From the NCBI RefSeq assembly GCF_009914755.1, contig NC_060928.1: a DNA stretch of 64,000 nucleotides; one strand, written 5' to 3'. The notes beneath the pieces are model-generated. The model was not told where the DNA came from, did not search any database, and saw nothing but the letters and a program-made list of their open reading frames with translations. The translations under genes and the position numbers were made by a program. Of the stretch, positions 1 to 13,559 are shown piece after piece; position 1 is the stretch's first letter, and each line of letters opens with the position of its first letter. The stretch comes from the human T2T-CHM13v2.0 reference genome, Homo sapiens.

Positions 1-167
1 TGACATGTGACACTGTTCTGGGCCAAGTGAAGGCTTTGCTGATGTATTTTTTGTCTCTGTACTTCTCATAGAAACTCATACAGAGATCATGATTGAAAAA
101 GTTTCTTTCAGCTGTGTAATTTAATCAACCTGACCTCCTAAGCCTCTCAAGACTTTAAGAACAGGCT

Positions 168-459
168 GGCCGGGTGCGGTGGCTCACACTTGTGGTCCTA
201 GCACTTTGGGAGGCCGAGGTAGTAGATTATGAGGTCAGGAGTTCAAGACCAGCCTGGCCAACACGGTGAAACCCTGTCTCTACTAAAAATACAAAAAAAA
301 AATTAGCTAGGCGTGGTGGTAGGCACCTGTAATCTCAGCTACTCAGGAGGCTGAGGCAGGTAATTGCTTGAACCTGTGAGGCAGAGGTTGCAGTGAGCCG
401 AGATCGTGCCACTGCACTCCAGCCTGTGCAACAGAGACTCCATCGCAAAAAAAAAAACA
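168..459 (+). mobile_element. Alu SINE (AluS, Sg-like)
   Basis: GGCCGGGTGCGGTGGCTCA start, two arms, A-rich linker, poly-A tail; TSD aagaacaggct/aagaacaggtt. Confidence 0.95.
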
Positions 460-684
460 AAGAACAGGTTGATGTAATTCCTTCCTAGACAAGATTTCAG
501 TTGAAGAACTACTTGATACGGTTCATTTGGAGCTGTTCTTTGTCCCTTAATTGTAACAGACTTAGATGGAGTTGGCTTGGCAGGTTATAAAACTACTACA
601 GGGACAGAGTACTGTGGTGGTTTTTGTTGAATAAAACCTGAGAATCTACTTCCTAAGATTCTACTGTAGAGATGTATATCTGTG

Positions 685-781
685 TACGTGTGTGTGTATA
701 TATGTATGTGTAAAATTATAAATAATTTGTGTGTGTGTGTATGTATACATATATATATATATGTATACATACACACACACA
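685..781. repeat. (TG)n/(TA)n/(CA)n compound microsatellite containing a perfect 52-bp palindrome at 730-781
   Basis: tgtgtgtgtgt-atgtatacat-atatatatat-atgtatacat-acacacacaca is its own reverse complement. Confidence 0.9.
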
Positions 782-840
782 TTCAGAGACACTTGTCTTT
801 ATTCTATCACTACATGAAAAAACATTTTTAAAGCTTTCCT

Positions 841-1199
<359 letters not shown>

Positions 1200-1354
1200 T
1201 TATAAATTTATTCTTCTATCTTAAATTTTAGGTCTAAATGACTGATCCTCAAACCACCTACTTTCACAAATGCTTTTAAATATGTTCACGTTTCCACTCA
1301 CATATATCATGATTATGTAATATATTTTAATTGAAGTCCTCATTCCTTCTTTTA

Positions 1355-1760
1355 ATCATTCATCCAACAAAAGGTAGAGGACCACTCTGTGCTGGGCACA
1401 GGCTTGGGCTCTGAGGGTTCATCAGAGGCACAGAGCACACATTTCACTCCGCGATAAGTATCCTAACACACCGTAAATGAGTAAATAGAAATGAGTAAAC
1501 GATATATACTATCAGAAGGTGATAAGTACTATGGAGAAACATATAGTATAGTAAGTGGGAAGGGGGACAGAAAATCTGGGGAGGTTGCAGTATTAAATAG
1601 GGTGGCCAGCTGAAGATATCAGTGAAAGGATAACATTAGAACCCAAAAAAATGAATGTAGTGAGGGAGTAGTGGGAAAAGTGGATTTCAAGTAAGGCACC
1701 AGCAAATGCAGAAGTCCTGAGGCAGGAGCATGTGAGGCTGGAAGCCACTAGACAACCTAA
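1355..1760 (-). mobile_element. L2 LINE 3' fragment
   Basis: tcattcatccaacaa...ctgtgctgggcac resembles the reverse of the L2 3' terminus; degenerate. Confidence 0.55.
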
Positions 1761-1780
1761 GGAGAGATGTCATGCGGCCT

Positions 1781-2045
1781 AAAAATGGACCAAGGACATG
1801 AGCAGCTACTTTTCAAAAGAAGACATACAAATAGCCAACAGGCATATGTAAAACTGTTCAACATCACTAATCATCAGAGAAATGCAAATTGAAACCACAA
1901 TGAGATAGCATCTCATGCCAGCTAGAATGGCTATTACCAAAAAGACATAAAATAACAGATTTTGGAGTGGATGCAGAGAAAAGGGAACTCATACACTGTC
2001 GACAGGAATGTAAATTAGTGCAACCTCTTTGGAAAACAGTATGGT
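1781..2045 (+). mobile_element. L1 fragment (ORF2 3' region, L1M/L1PB-type)
   Basis: caaaagaagacatacaaatagccaacagg...catcactaatcatcagagaaatgcaaat...gtgcaacctctttggaaaacagtatgg is characteristic L1 ORF2 C-terminal sequence. Confidence 0.9.
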
Positions 2046-2179
2046 TTAACTTAAACTTGAGTAGAATTACTCTTGACAACTGTGTTGTCAACAGGCTGTT
2101 CTGGGATAAGGCTGAGAGTAGGTGAGACTCGTTAGGACTCTAAAAGGCATGACAGTATGCATTATTTTTGTAAAGGCTG

Positions 2180-2568
2180 TGTGTTAGTCCATTTTGTATT
2201 GCTATCAAGGAGAACCTCAGGCTGGATAATTTATAAAGAAAAGAGGTTTAACTGATTCACGGTTCTGCAGGCTGTACCAGTATGGCGCCAGCATCCGCTT
2301 CTGGTGAGGGGCTCAGGAGGCTTAGAATCATGGTAGAAGGCAAATGGGGAGCAGGTGTGTCACATGGTGAGAGGGAGCAAGAGTGAGAGGAGGGAGGTCC
2401 CAGACTCTTTCGAACAACCAGATCTCAGGTGAACTCATTATCGTGGGGGCACCAAGCCGTTCATGAGGGATCTGCCCCCACGACCCACACTCCTTCCACC
2501 AGGCCCTACCTCAAACTTTGGGGATCCCATTTCAATATTTGGAGGGGACACATATCAAAGCCATATCA
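2180..2568 (-). mobile_element. MaLR solo LTR (MSTB-like)
   Basis: tgtgttagtccattttgtattgct...ataatttataaagaaaagaggttt...ccatatca is the reverse of an MST LTR. Confidence 0.85.
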
Positions 2569-2859
2569 AACTGGAAGGCAGGGGAGACAATCAGAGATTT
2601 TCTCTGATTTGGCTCTTGCCATTTAAGAAACCTCAGACTGTTAAAAAACAAGTGTGACGTTAAACTATTCAGTTATGAAGCACTGATGATTTAAACTTAG
2701 AAATCAGTGCTGGCTCTAGAAAGAAGTTCAAGATTCTTCAGGGCAGGAGCGATGACAAAGCAGACAATGTTGAGCAGGCTACAAAATCCCTTAAATGGAC
2801 CAAAAGCTTCAGATTATTTTAAAAAATAAACAAACAATGAAACAATAGTGAGAAATAGC

Positions 2860-3100
2860 ATACTGATGAACAGCTAAGACTTTAGAGTGAGAGAGACCTA
2901 AATTTTGATTCATGATACTTGCCTGTTACCTGTGAGACCCCGTGATAAGTTACCTTACAGCTCTGAGGCTCAGCTTCCACACCTGCTCATGCTGATAGTA
3001 ACAGCACCAAACTCAAAGTGTTATTAAAAGGATGAAATACAACAATTATTAAAAACACTTAACACAGTATCTGTTGTGAGTGCCCAATAATGATAATTAT
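2860..3100 (+). mobile_element. MIR SINE fragment
   Basis: tgtgagaccccgtgataagttaccttacagctctgaggctcagcttcc resembles the MIR core. Confidence 0.55.
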
Positions 3101-3269
3101 TAGTTCTCAGCTACAATAATTGAAATGTCTCAATTATTTAAAGGCAAAAGAAACTTTATTTTTGGAAACTGCACAGGATCAAAATACCTCATATATATTA
3201 CATGAACTTGAAATTAGTTACTGTCTTAGAGGTTCACTAAGAACACACTGCTGACAAAATTGCAAAGAA

Positions 3270-3980
3270 TAAGCTTACTTAATCAACCTCTAGTTAATTG
3301 ACCCAACAATTATCTGATAATCTCCACTTCCTCTGTTCAACAGGACTGCGCTGTCATGCTGAGACCCTGTAGCTGGTCAACTCTACTCCATGCCACTGTG
3401 CAATTTTACCCTCATAAGTTGGGGCCTATGCATATTAAGTGCTACGTGTATTTTTTCCTAAGATTGTTTATTCCAATTTCACTTATTACTATAATTATAT
3501 ATGCTAATTAGCTGTTTAATAAAGTGATGAAATATGAGTACAAAAAAGGAGAGTTGCTTCCACAAAAACTAATAAAAATTATTTTGAAGTCTTTTCAATA
3601 TAAACTGTATCACTGTTGATTACATGTGGGTAAGACAACGACAACAAACCCCAACTGGCATGGGGAGGAATGTTCCGTAGGATTCTACATCTATATTGCT
3701 GGGGCGGTGTTAAGTTGTCATTCAGCCTGAAGAAATAATAGTTCTAAAATTGTAGATGTATTATGAGTGTGGCTTATGAAAAAAAAGTGGATCCTCAATC
3801 TGGGAACCCACATTCAAAAATGGATCTGGTCTCCTATAAAAAATTAACAATTAAATAGCTGGGTGAATAATAAAATATAAAGGTATGTAAGCATCACTTT
3901 TTTATGACTTTCCAATTTCTCGTCTCTAATAATCAGTCAGCAAGTAGACTTGATTGAATCAGGTAAGAGGACATAACTTT
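3270..3980. mobile_element. Ancient TcMar-Tigger DNA transposon relic (Tigger13/15-like)
   Basis: Degenerate resemblance to Tigger termini and transposase 5' region; boundaries approximate. Confidence 0.35.
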
Positions 3981-4956
3981 TTATCTACTTGTATTGTGGC
4001 CCTTCCAGGCCTCCACGTGAGTGTCAGTGGCCATGGAGAAGCAAGATTGACAAGCTGTTCAGCTTCAGAAGCATCTACTCCTAGGCCTTCACTGTTGAAG
4101 GCATTCCCTAGTAACCACTTTCATAGTCGTCCCTTTCTTTTGCTCAAGGCCTGTGGCTCACGATGAAAGGGCAGGTAAAAATGGGATGAGTGAGGCATTT
4201 CTCTAAGAGAGGAAATGTCTCTTCAGCTCTAAGGGAGGTATGGGGGTACAGATCTCTCCCTCTTTCCAAGATTGTCAGTCTTATAACAAAAGATATGAAA
4301 ACTTAGTAGTTTCTTGGTAGAAACCTAAGCGAAGGGGAAAAAAATGCAATCACAATCCATTACATAAAGAGTAGATAATTTTGTAAAGCTCTAATACAAG
4401 CTTGCAAATTACCATGTGCCAAGACTCCCGGGGTAAGTAGAAAACGATATGTTTTAGTCATGTTAATAATATCAGAAAAGCCATGTAAGGAGAAGAGACC
4501 TGTTAAATGTAGTCATTACGTTTACAAGGATGCTTTATAGTCATCAATGAAGACTTGTGCTAATTAATGCTTACATGATTAACTCAGTCTAGTTTTATTT
4601 AATTTAGTCCGACTACACACACACCCAAAACTGAACTGAAGCAGGGAAGACATTTTGCAAAAAGACTCGCCAAATCATTTTACAATGGATTGTGGAAGAA
4701 ACTTTCTTTGAAAGACTTTGTGTAAGTTTTTTGAGGCTATGTAATTACGGTATTGTTTGACCAGAGTATCATACTTCCTAGCATAAGCTTGGATGTAAAA
4801 TATATTGGAGTTTTGATTGAATATGTGGAAATAAGTGAAAATAAAACATAAAACAGGGCCACTCTGCCAATAACATGGATATTTTAATGTACTGGATTAT
4901 AGTTTTGGTCATGTGGACAAAAACATTCCTGTTACTTAATCTGTGTTCTATAATAG

Positions 4957-5386
<430 letters not shown>

Positions 5387-5529
5387 AAACTATTATTTAT
5401 TAATTCAATAAGCACACTAATAGGTGAACAAGGATGCCACCAAGTCTACCAAGCAAAGATGGAGATTTGTCCCTTCAGTGATTTAGACAGGAATGACGGC
5501 AATTCCTTACTAGTTGACCTCCCTTTTTC

Positions 5530-6585
5530 TTTTTCCCTGCCAAATAATCTGCTGTCAGATTTTCCTTCTAAAAACAGGGCTCTGGGGTGGTCATCCTCTG
5601 CTTAAAACTCTCAACGGCTGCCCATTGCTCCAAGCTACAGTCCAGTGCTCAGCCTGGCCCCACAGCCCGCATCAGGGAGCACTTACCTACTGCGAAGCTG
5701 CTCCCCACTTCCCACCTCTTCTGTTATCCCTACACTCCAGCAGGAGCATTTACCTACTGGGAAGCTGCTCCCCACCTCCCACCTCTTCTTCTGTTATCCC
5801 TACACTCCAGCAGGAGCACTTGCCTACTGGGAAGCTGCTCCCCACCTCCCACCTCTTCTTCTGTCTCCCTACACTCCAGCAGGAGCACTTGCCTACTGGA
5901 AAGTTGCTCCCCACCTCCCACCTCTTCTTCTGTATCTCTACACTCCAGCAGGAGCACTTACCTACTGGGAAATTGCTCCCCACCTTCCACCTCCCACCTC
6001 TTCTTCTGTATCCCTACACTCCAGCAGGAGCACTTACCTACTGGGAAGCTGCTCCCCACCTCCAACCTCTTCTTCTGTATCCCTACACTCCAGCAGGAGC
6101 ACTTACCTACTGGGAAGCTGCTCCCCACCTCCAACCTCTTCTTCTGTATCCCTACACTCCAGCAGGAGCACTTGGCTACTGGGAAGTTGCTCCCCACCTC
6201 CCACCTCTTCTTCTGTATCCCTACACTCCAGCAAAGCTGTTGTGGCTCACCTAAGTATTTTATGTTCCCCCAACTTGATCGAGATCTCTCTTTTCTCCTC
6301 CATTTCCGCGCATCCGAATTCTAGACCCTATCCAAACCCCACATCTTCCAAGTTCTTTCCTAATTCCCCAACCAGAAGTAATGTTTGGATTCCAGCAGCA
6401 TTTTACTTGTATCTTCAGAGGATACACGATCACTTTCTACCTGGGATTAGAAGTTTTATGTGCATACCTTGCTCTTTTTACTGGGATGTGGTATTCCTGA
6501 GAGCAGGACTGATACTGCTTTATCTCTTTAACTCTTTTAATAGTTGTCATAGTTTATATGTTTAGAAAGAAAATCAATATTCATG
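5530..6585 (+). mobile_element. L2 LINE 3' relic hosting the VNTR
   Basis: ctgcttaaaactctcaacggctgcccattgc before the array and ttcctgagagcaggactgatactgctttatctc after it are L2-like. Confidence 0.5.
5677..6233. repeat. 69-bp minisatellite (VNTR), ~8 copies
   Basis: Unit ccctacactccagcaggagcacttacctactgggaagctgctccccacctcccacctcttcttctgtat recurs at 5728, 5798, 5867, 5936, 6012, 6081, 6150, 6219. Confidence 0.97.
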
Positions 6586-6994
6586 GATAAGGTAGCAAGG
6601 ATTCATTTAGAATACAAAAGACAGAAGCTTAGATCAGACAAAATCTAATGCTAACTATATAACTGAGTCAAATATTTCAATGTGAAAGGATGCTAAAAGA
6701 TGATTTGGTCTATTCATTTTAAAAATTAGAAAATTAAGAAGCAGAATATTAACAGACTTTTTTTTGCAATTCTATATTGTGTACCCCCAGATAGGATGAA
6801 ATTTTAAATAATTTTCAAAATGTGATCACTTTTATTTCACTGTCTTAACTCATTCCCACAAACATATCCTAAATCATCAGCTGAAATGACCTCACCAGAA
6901 CCAGCCCTCTTGTTCTTCTCCTTCATGCGCCTAACCAGCACAATGATCTGATTGTTTTTCTAATTTTATTTTGACCCGTATACATGGCAACAAT

Positions 6995-7400
6995 ATGGTG
7001 ACGTGGAAAAGAACATGTACTTTGGCATCAGGTATCTCCGGGTTTTATTCCCTGCTCTGTTACTTTCATAATTTGTAGCCCTCAGGCTCTCTGAGCTTCA
7101 GTTTGCTGATTTGTAAATTTAGGATATTGAAAAGATTACAATAGCTAATATTATTGAGACCTTGCTAAATATATACTGTTCTGAATGCTTTACATTTATT
7201 GTCTGAAATCTCAAAACAACTCTATGAAGTAGGCACTATTATTAACCACACACTTATAGATGAAGTAGATACTATAATTATCCCCATATGATAGACGGAG
7301 AAGTGACGGCTTAGAGAAGTTAGCTGGCGTCTAGAGTCACACAGTTACTGAAGAGTGGAGCTAGAACCGAAACCCCGTTCTTCCGACTTGCGAGCCCATG
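6995..7400. mobile_element. MIR SINE fragments (opposite orientations)
   Basis: ctctgagcttcagtttgctgatttgtaaa (+) and attatccccatatgatagacggagaagtgacggcttagagaagt (-). Confidence 0.65.
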
Positions 7401-7850
7401 AACAAATGATTATTGTGAGGATGATTTGCAAAGGCCAGTCCTACTGTTTGCTATAAAGAGTGTTTCTCAGGACTCAGGTTGAATGCTGTTATTTTAAGTA
7501 TGTATGAGTTAATTTTACTCCAATTACAGAAACTCTCTAGTTGTGGGGTTTAAGGAACAAATGTTACATTCTCTATCATGAGCACTCCCCATCTGTTGAC
7601 ATTAGGAACCTTAGCTAATTTTTCTTTTACTGTTGCAATTTCTTAAAGTATGGCAACTCTTTTGAGTTAAATTGATAGTGCCTGTCCATTTTGCCAACTG
7701 AAGAATCTCACTAGTGACTGAATGTCCTGGGGTGCTATCTTCAAGTTTGATACCCAGTCCTTCCCCCACACCCCTTTCTAACTGCCCTCAAGCAGAGGAA
7801 GAAATATCCTACCAGGTGCAACAACCACCAGGTAGTTCAATAGATTTTGC

Positions 7851-7975
7851 AAAGCACATTTTTCTGAACTATTCAGTAGAAGCTTCTAAACATATCTTTA
7901 TATGTTCTGAAACATATAAAACAAAGCACATTTTTCAGAATTATTCAGTAGAAGCTTCGAAACATAACTTTCTCT
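7851..7975. repeat. 72-bp tandem duplication (~1.7 copies)
   Basis: aaagcacatttttc(t/a)gaa(c/t)tattcagtagaagcttc(t/g)aaacata at 7851 and 7923. Confidence 0.9.
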
Positions 7976-10809
7976 ATAAAGTTTGCTTGTTCAAGCTTTT
8001 ATGTTAATATCATAGTTTAAATGAATCATATTCCTTAACATTATTTTTAAAAACAAGGCTTTGATGGAGAAATAAGTCACGTGTGAAGCACAGGACGTCT
8101 TTAAAAATTAGCAAGGAGGGAACAGAATTACCAAATGCACTCATTTACTGGCATTTTATTTCTACAGACATCAGCTCAATTTCTTCTAAAATAAAAGCTA
8201 ATGAGGACAATGGCATGTCCAAATGCCTTTACTGGATTATATATGCCACAGGTATACTATGTGAGTGAGCCCTGTAGCAAATTGGATATAATAGTGTTGA
8301 TTCTGTATTGTTGGTACATTGGGAAGGGGTTTTTATAGATTTGAATTTTCCAGGAAGATTACTAGGGCTATAAGAAGATACATCCAACCATGCTATTTGT
8401 CCTTTTGTCTATAAATTTGTCTTTCATCTATAAAAAAGGTGATTGTTTGTGTGAAGAGTCCAGCAGACCTTACAACTATAAAACATTGTGAATCTGTGAT
8501 CCAGAGAGGTAGATGGATAGGACAAACCAATGAATCACCTAAATAGCATCCAGGCATCTCTGTGTGTGCTAAACTGTGCCATAAATGAAAGTAATCATCT
8601 TCTCTTCTCTTCCCCCACCTCTCTGTAAAGTAACCTCCTGACAGAAGCTTCACCTCTTCTTGTTGTGCTCATGTATTCCAGATATCAGCTGAGGTTTCCC
8701 AAGCTCCCTAAAATCTACAGAAGTTCGGCTCAAACCCCTATCCCAGATGCTGGAGATGACCAAGTTCTCCAGAAACACGTAGCAAATTCCAGGGTGGGAA
8801 GGAGAATCTGAGCAAGGAGACAACGATTACATTCTCATGGTCACTTGTCTCTTGAGCTAGTGCTTTATTGGAATTAGTTTATTCTGTTAAGAGTTTCCCA
8901 AATGTCCTGTCTTTATGTTACACTCACAACAAAACAGACATAAAGCACTGGCTTAGCCTCCAGTTCCACAGGAGCCTCATCAACCCATGCCTTCAACTGA
9001 CGCCTAAGCTGAGACTAAAGAAGATGGTAACCAAGTGAAGAGATGGAGGTTTGGAGTGTCCAAGCAGAGAAACTACATGTGGAAATGCATCGAAGCAAGA
9101 AAGAGCATGACATCTTCTTAGTACTGAAAGAAAATACGACTGGACTTCAAATATTTTCTCATTCGTGGGGTTAAGAGGTGGGTGTTTCTTTACTCCTCCT
9201 TTTCAATACATCCCAACAAAACATCTGTGCACTTCTTTAGACAAGACCAAAATGCAAATATTTTCGTTGCTGTTCTTTGTACTGTCACCAAATCAAAATA
9301 GTACCTTAGTTTTGTATAATTCTTTACAGTTTTCAAAGCAATTTCCACTATCTCATTTGAAATTCTCAGAGGCCCCTCACCACCAAAGATAATCAGTGAA
9401 CTATCTTTTTCATGGATCCATTTGTGGGTTTCAACAAAAATTAACTATAGAACTTACTGAAACATCAAACATTTTAAGAAATGGGAAATATTATTTTTTT
9501 AACCAAAAAGCAAAAAGAGTGGTTTTTCAGACACACTTATTGCATATAGCAAAGCAGCTCATTTGGTGGGTGGGGGTGGGGTATGGCATTTTTTGTCTTA
9601 CAGCCACGAGAAGCAGCATTTTAGAATAATTATTTACAAATTTGTAAAACTTTAAAAAGAATAGACTATATAACATGTTGAAATAGAATCATTGTTACAC
9701 TTTGATAAAACATTAAACAAAACCCAGGTCTCCCTTTTCACCTTTCTAACCTCCCCTTTGGTCTGATGACAGTCATGGGGGTGAGGGATTCACCGGGATT
9801 CAGGTAGGGGCTCTGGGCCTGCCTAAGCCTTGCCAAGAAGCAGTTACCAGCTTGGCAGTGCATACCTGAAGAAGGACAATTGAACATAAGGCTCTGTTGA
9901 CGTGCCTGTAAATTGTTCTGTTAGAGTTGGTCTATTTAAAGCAATTATGAATGCATGGGTCAGTGCTATTGGAAAAGAGCACTTTTGTACCCTTTCACAG
10001 GCCTCAGAAGCAGTGTATTCTCCCCATCTGACCCTCCGGATGGTTCCAGGCCAAGCGTCTCTCAGGGAAGGCTGGTTTCTCTCAACGCCCCCTTTCTGTC
10101 TGTGTTTCTTGGTTACCAGACTTGCTTACTTTGTACTATCCTCAGAGCCCATGACTTCCTCTGCTTTTTTCCCTATGGAACCTTCCTTTTCTCAAAAGTG
10201 CTCACAACCTTCTCTGTGTCTTAGTGATCACAAGACTGAGCACATTTCCTGTTCGCTGAATAAGCTCTATTCAATACAAATAAATTAAAGAGGAATAAGC
10301 AAATTGCTTTAACGTTGTGATTGCTCATTAAGACTCTGAAAAATACTCAAGAGCATAGACTTGTTCCCTTAGAAATACGATCAACAGGTCATTGAAATCT
10401 TTGAACATTAAGTAACTGCTATGTGTAGAAGTGTTATATTGACATTGTTACTGTGGATCTCATTTTCTCACTGTTTTGATAATTTTTACTCCACATTCCA
10501 TTAAAATTATTATTTTAAAAAATTAACACAAAGGCTTTCCCTTCCTCTGTGATGGGCACCAGACCAAAGTTGATGTGCAATAGAAAGGAAATATTAATCA
10601 GAGTGCAAAGCAGTGGAAAGATCCCCACTGCTTTGCAGATTAGAAATGGATGTCAGGAAGTTTCCTGCAGGAGGCCATGTTATTTCTTTACTCTCTTTGT
10701 AAAGAAACAATTTACAAAAAATGTTGAGTCTTGCCCTAGGAGGAAGGCGGTCCTGGAGACAATGGCTTTGCCCTGAAGAAGACCATGCTGTTGAACACCA
10801 TATAAATGA

Positions 10810-11045
10810 TGTGGCAGTGAGAGCCGAAGGCTGTGGGATCTGAGAGCTGGCTCAGCCTCACTGCCCACCAGTCATGGGATCTTGGTGAAATCACCAATTC
10901 CTCTGAGCCCCAGTTTCCTCATCTGTAACGTGGATTTCATAAAAATCACTTCTTGTATTGTAAGCGTTGAAAGCATGAATATACATATAATGTAAATAAT
11001 TTCTCATTGGATAAATCACATGAAAAGTACTCAATAAATAAAACA
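10810..11045 (+). mobile_element. MIR SINE
   Basis: ctctgagccccagtttcctcatctgtaa core; aagtactcaataaata 3' end. Confidence 0.7.
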
Positions 11046-11275
11046 TTATTGTTTGTTAATTCTTGATTTAGAGCCATCTGAGTCTTTTCTGTACCCTTGT
11101 AGATACCTTGGTCAGCTCCATGGAGCAGAGCTGAGTTGACAGTTTTGGTGGTAGTGAACTGCTAAGGAATAGAATGTTTGATGAACTAATATCCCCTATT
11201 CCATGAGTCAACATATCCATTCCTGCAATGTTACTGAGGGAAGGCCCTGGGCTGTCATCACTGTGACAATGCTGG

Positions 11276-11345
11276 TGCAATAATTCAATGAATTCTTTCT
11301 GCTTGTTGCACAGACAAAACAAATTCACTGAGATGGTGACACTGC

Positions 11346-11383
<38 letters not shown>

Positions 11384-12059
11384 TTTAATTAACACAAGAC
11401 TGGCCATGCAATAGAACTAGAGTTATCACTCAAATCAGTCCCTCCAAGAACTCAGAGGCTAGGGTTTCTGTGGATTCTTTGGTGTGTAGGAGGCTAGGGA
11501 ATGGGTGCTGCTGATTGGTTGGGGATGAAATCACAGGGTGTGGAAAATGGTCCTTGTGCAGTGAGTACGCCTCTGGGTGGGACCACAGAACCAGTCGTCA
11601 TGAGTCACAGCTCCAGCTTGGGTCTGTCAGTTGCCAGAATGCAAAAATCTGAAAAATATCTCAAAAAACCAGTCTTAAGTTCTACAATAGAGATGTTATC
11701 TGTCGGAGCAATTGGGGAAGACACAAATCTTCGGACCTCTGGCCACATGATTCCTGGGCAGTAAGGGATTACAGAAACTATAATTCTGCTACATTTTAGA
11801 ATTCAGGCCCCTCTCATGATCTTAAACTTATGGCCTTTCATTAGTTTCTGGTCCTTGAGCAAGGATGGGGTTGGTTTTAGGGAGGACCTGTCGTCATCCT
11901 TGCTTTTAAGTTACTAATAACTGAATTCCTCCCATGGTTAGCTTGGCCTACACCTAGGAATGAGCAAAGACAACCAGCCTATTAGGCTTTAGAAGCAAGA
12001 TGGAGTCAACCATATTAGATTTTTCTCACCGTCATAATCTTTGCAAAGCCAGGGTTTCA
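11276..12059 (-). mobile_element. ERV1 solo LTR (LTR8A-like) with an internal ~33-nt A tract
   Basis: Minus strand begins TGAAACC...TTTGCAAAGATTATGAC...GACTCCATCTTGCTTCT and ends CA; 4-bp TSD ctgg/ctag. Confidence 0.85.
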
Positions 12060-12463
12060 CTAGCACCCGGTATAATGCTAGAAACAGCATAGGGCCCAAT
12101 TGAGATCTACTAACTTGAAATGTTCTGACATACTTGGTAGTAAATTTTTTTAGTAGTAGAAAATCTAAAGTTTAACTGTTGCACACAAACGTTTTTTTTA
12201 ATCACATAGGAATAAAATTAATTCTGAATGGAAATGAAAAATAACTAACCAAGAGCAACAGATCATCTGCATTGTTATCCAGACATATTCAGTTGTTTGC
12301 CAAGAAACTGTAAGTTAACCTTTGAGAATAAGAACAGTGTCTTTGTTCTGTTTATTATAGATGGAACAGAAATTCTGTGAGGATTCCCCAATGCCATCCA
12401 TGGAACTGTGTGTGCTAACATGAATTTTTAAAATGTTGAAATTATATTTAGAAATGATAAGAA

Positions 12464-12693
12464 AACCAAATACCCCATGTTCTCACTTACAAGTGGGAAC
12501 TAAACATTGGGTATTCATGGACACTGGGGACTAATAAAGGGAAGAAGGAGGGGACAAGGGTTGAAACACTAATGATTTGGTACTATCCTCACTCTCTGGG
12601 TGATGAGATCATTCATATCCCAAACCTCAACATCATGCAATATAGCATGTAACAAACCTGCACGGGTACCTCTGAATCTAAAATAAAAGTTGG
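12464..12693 (+). mobile_element. L1 3' UTR fragment (L1PB/L1MA-type)
   Basis: aaccaaataccccatgttctcacttacaagtgggaactaaac...catgtaacaaacctgcac...gaatctaaaataaaagtt. Confidence 0.9.
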
Positions 12694-13559
12694 GATTTTT
12701 TTTAAAAGAAATGATACAAATGGAACAGCATTTAGAGAGTTCATATGCGAGGTGCAGAACAATGACACTTGTTTTCTTCATTTTCCTTTTGTATTATTTA
12801 CGATGAACTGGAATCCTGTTCATGTATACTGTATCATGAAGGTTTTACCAGAAAAATTTTAGATTTATAAAAGAGAAATCAAGACTAACATTTAATAGTT
12901 TCATACACTTAATATGCAAGTCTGATTAAGCTAATACAGGTAAGTTTTAATGTGTATTTTTGTTTAGAAATGCTTATTTATATTCATCTTTAATAGTATG
13001 GGTTGAATTAGCATTTTAGTCGATTGGATAAATGTGACCTTCAACTTGCTGATCTAGCTTTTGCTTTTCCTGTATTAATTTATGAATAATTTACATTTGG
13101 CCCATGGGCATTTTACAATACACAATGACATGGATATCTTGATAAACTGCTAATTAACAATTTTATCAGCAAACTTTCCCCAAAACAGAGCAGATATCGT
13201 GCTTTAGTAACTTTGTGCTTTTAACTATGTCTAACATAGTGCTTTGCAGGGGGTAGCAAAGGATAAACATTAAGAAATTATTAATTTCCATGAGCTACTC
13301 CATGAATATTTCAAATGTCATTTCAAGTACTTTTCATGGAAAACTAAAACCTTGTTCTTTTCATCGTAAAGGATTGTATTCATTGTTTATTAGTCTATGC
13401 ATTTGGACTGTGTGACTTAGCTGCTGATAACTTTAAGCAAACTGAAAATTTTTCAACTAAAGACAATTTTCTTGTAATGGCAAAATAAATAAAACACATG
13501 TAAGAAATGCAACTCAAGCACAAACCTTTATAGAAAATACTCGTAATAAAGTCAACAGA

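Noticed and set aside
5677-6233. CRISPR-like array
   Set aside because: Units are contiguous with no unique spacers, the context is primate DNA, and there are no cas genes.
5514-6565. Three long overlapping ORFs (245-306 aa) as a protein-coding gene
   Set aside because: Fully explained by the stop-free 69-bp VNTR; mostly non-ATG starts, no splice structure or recognisable homology.
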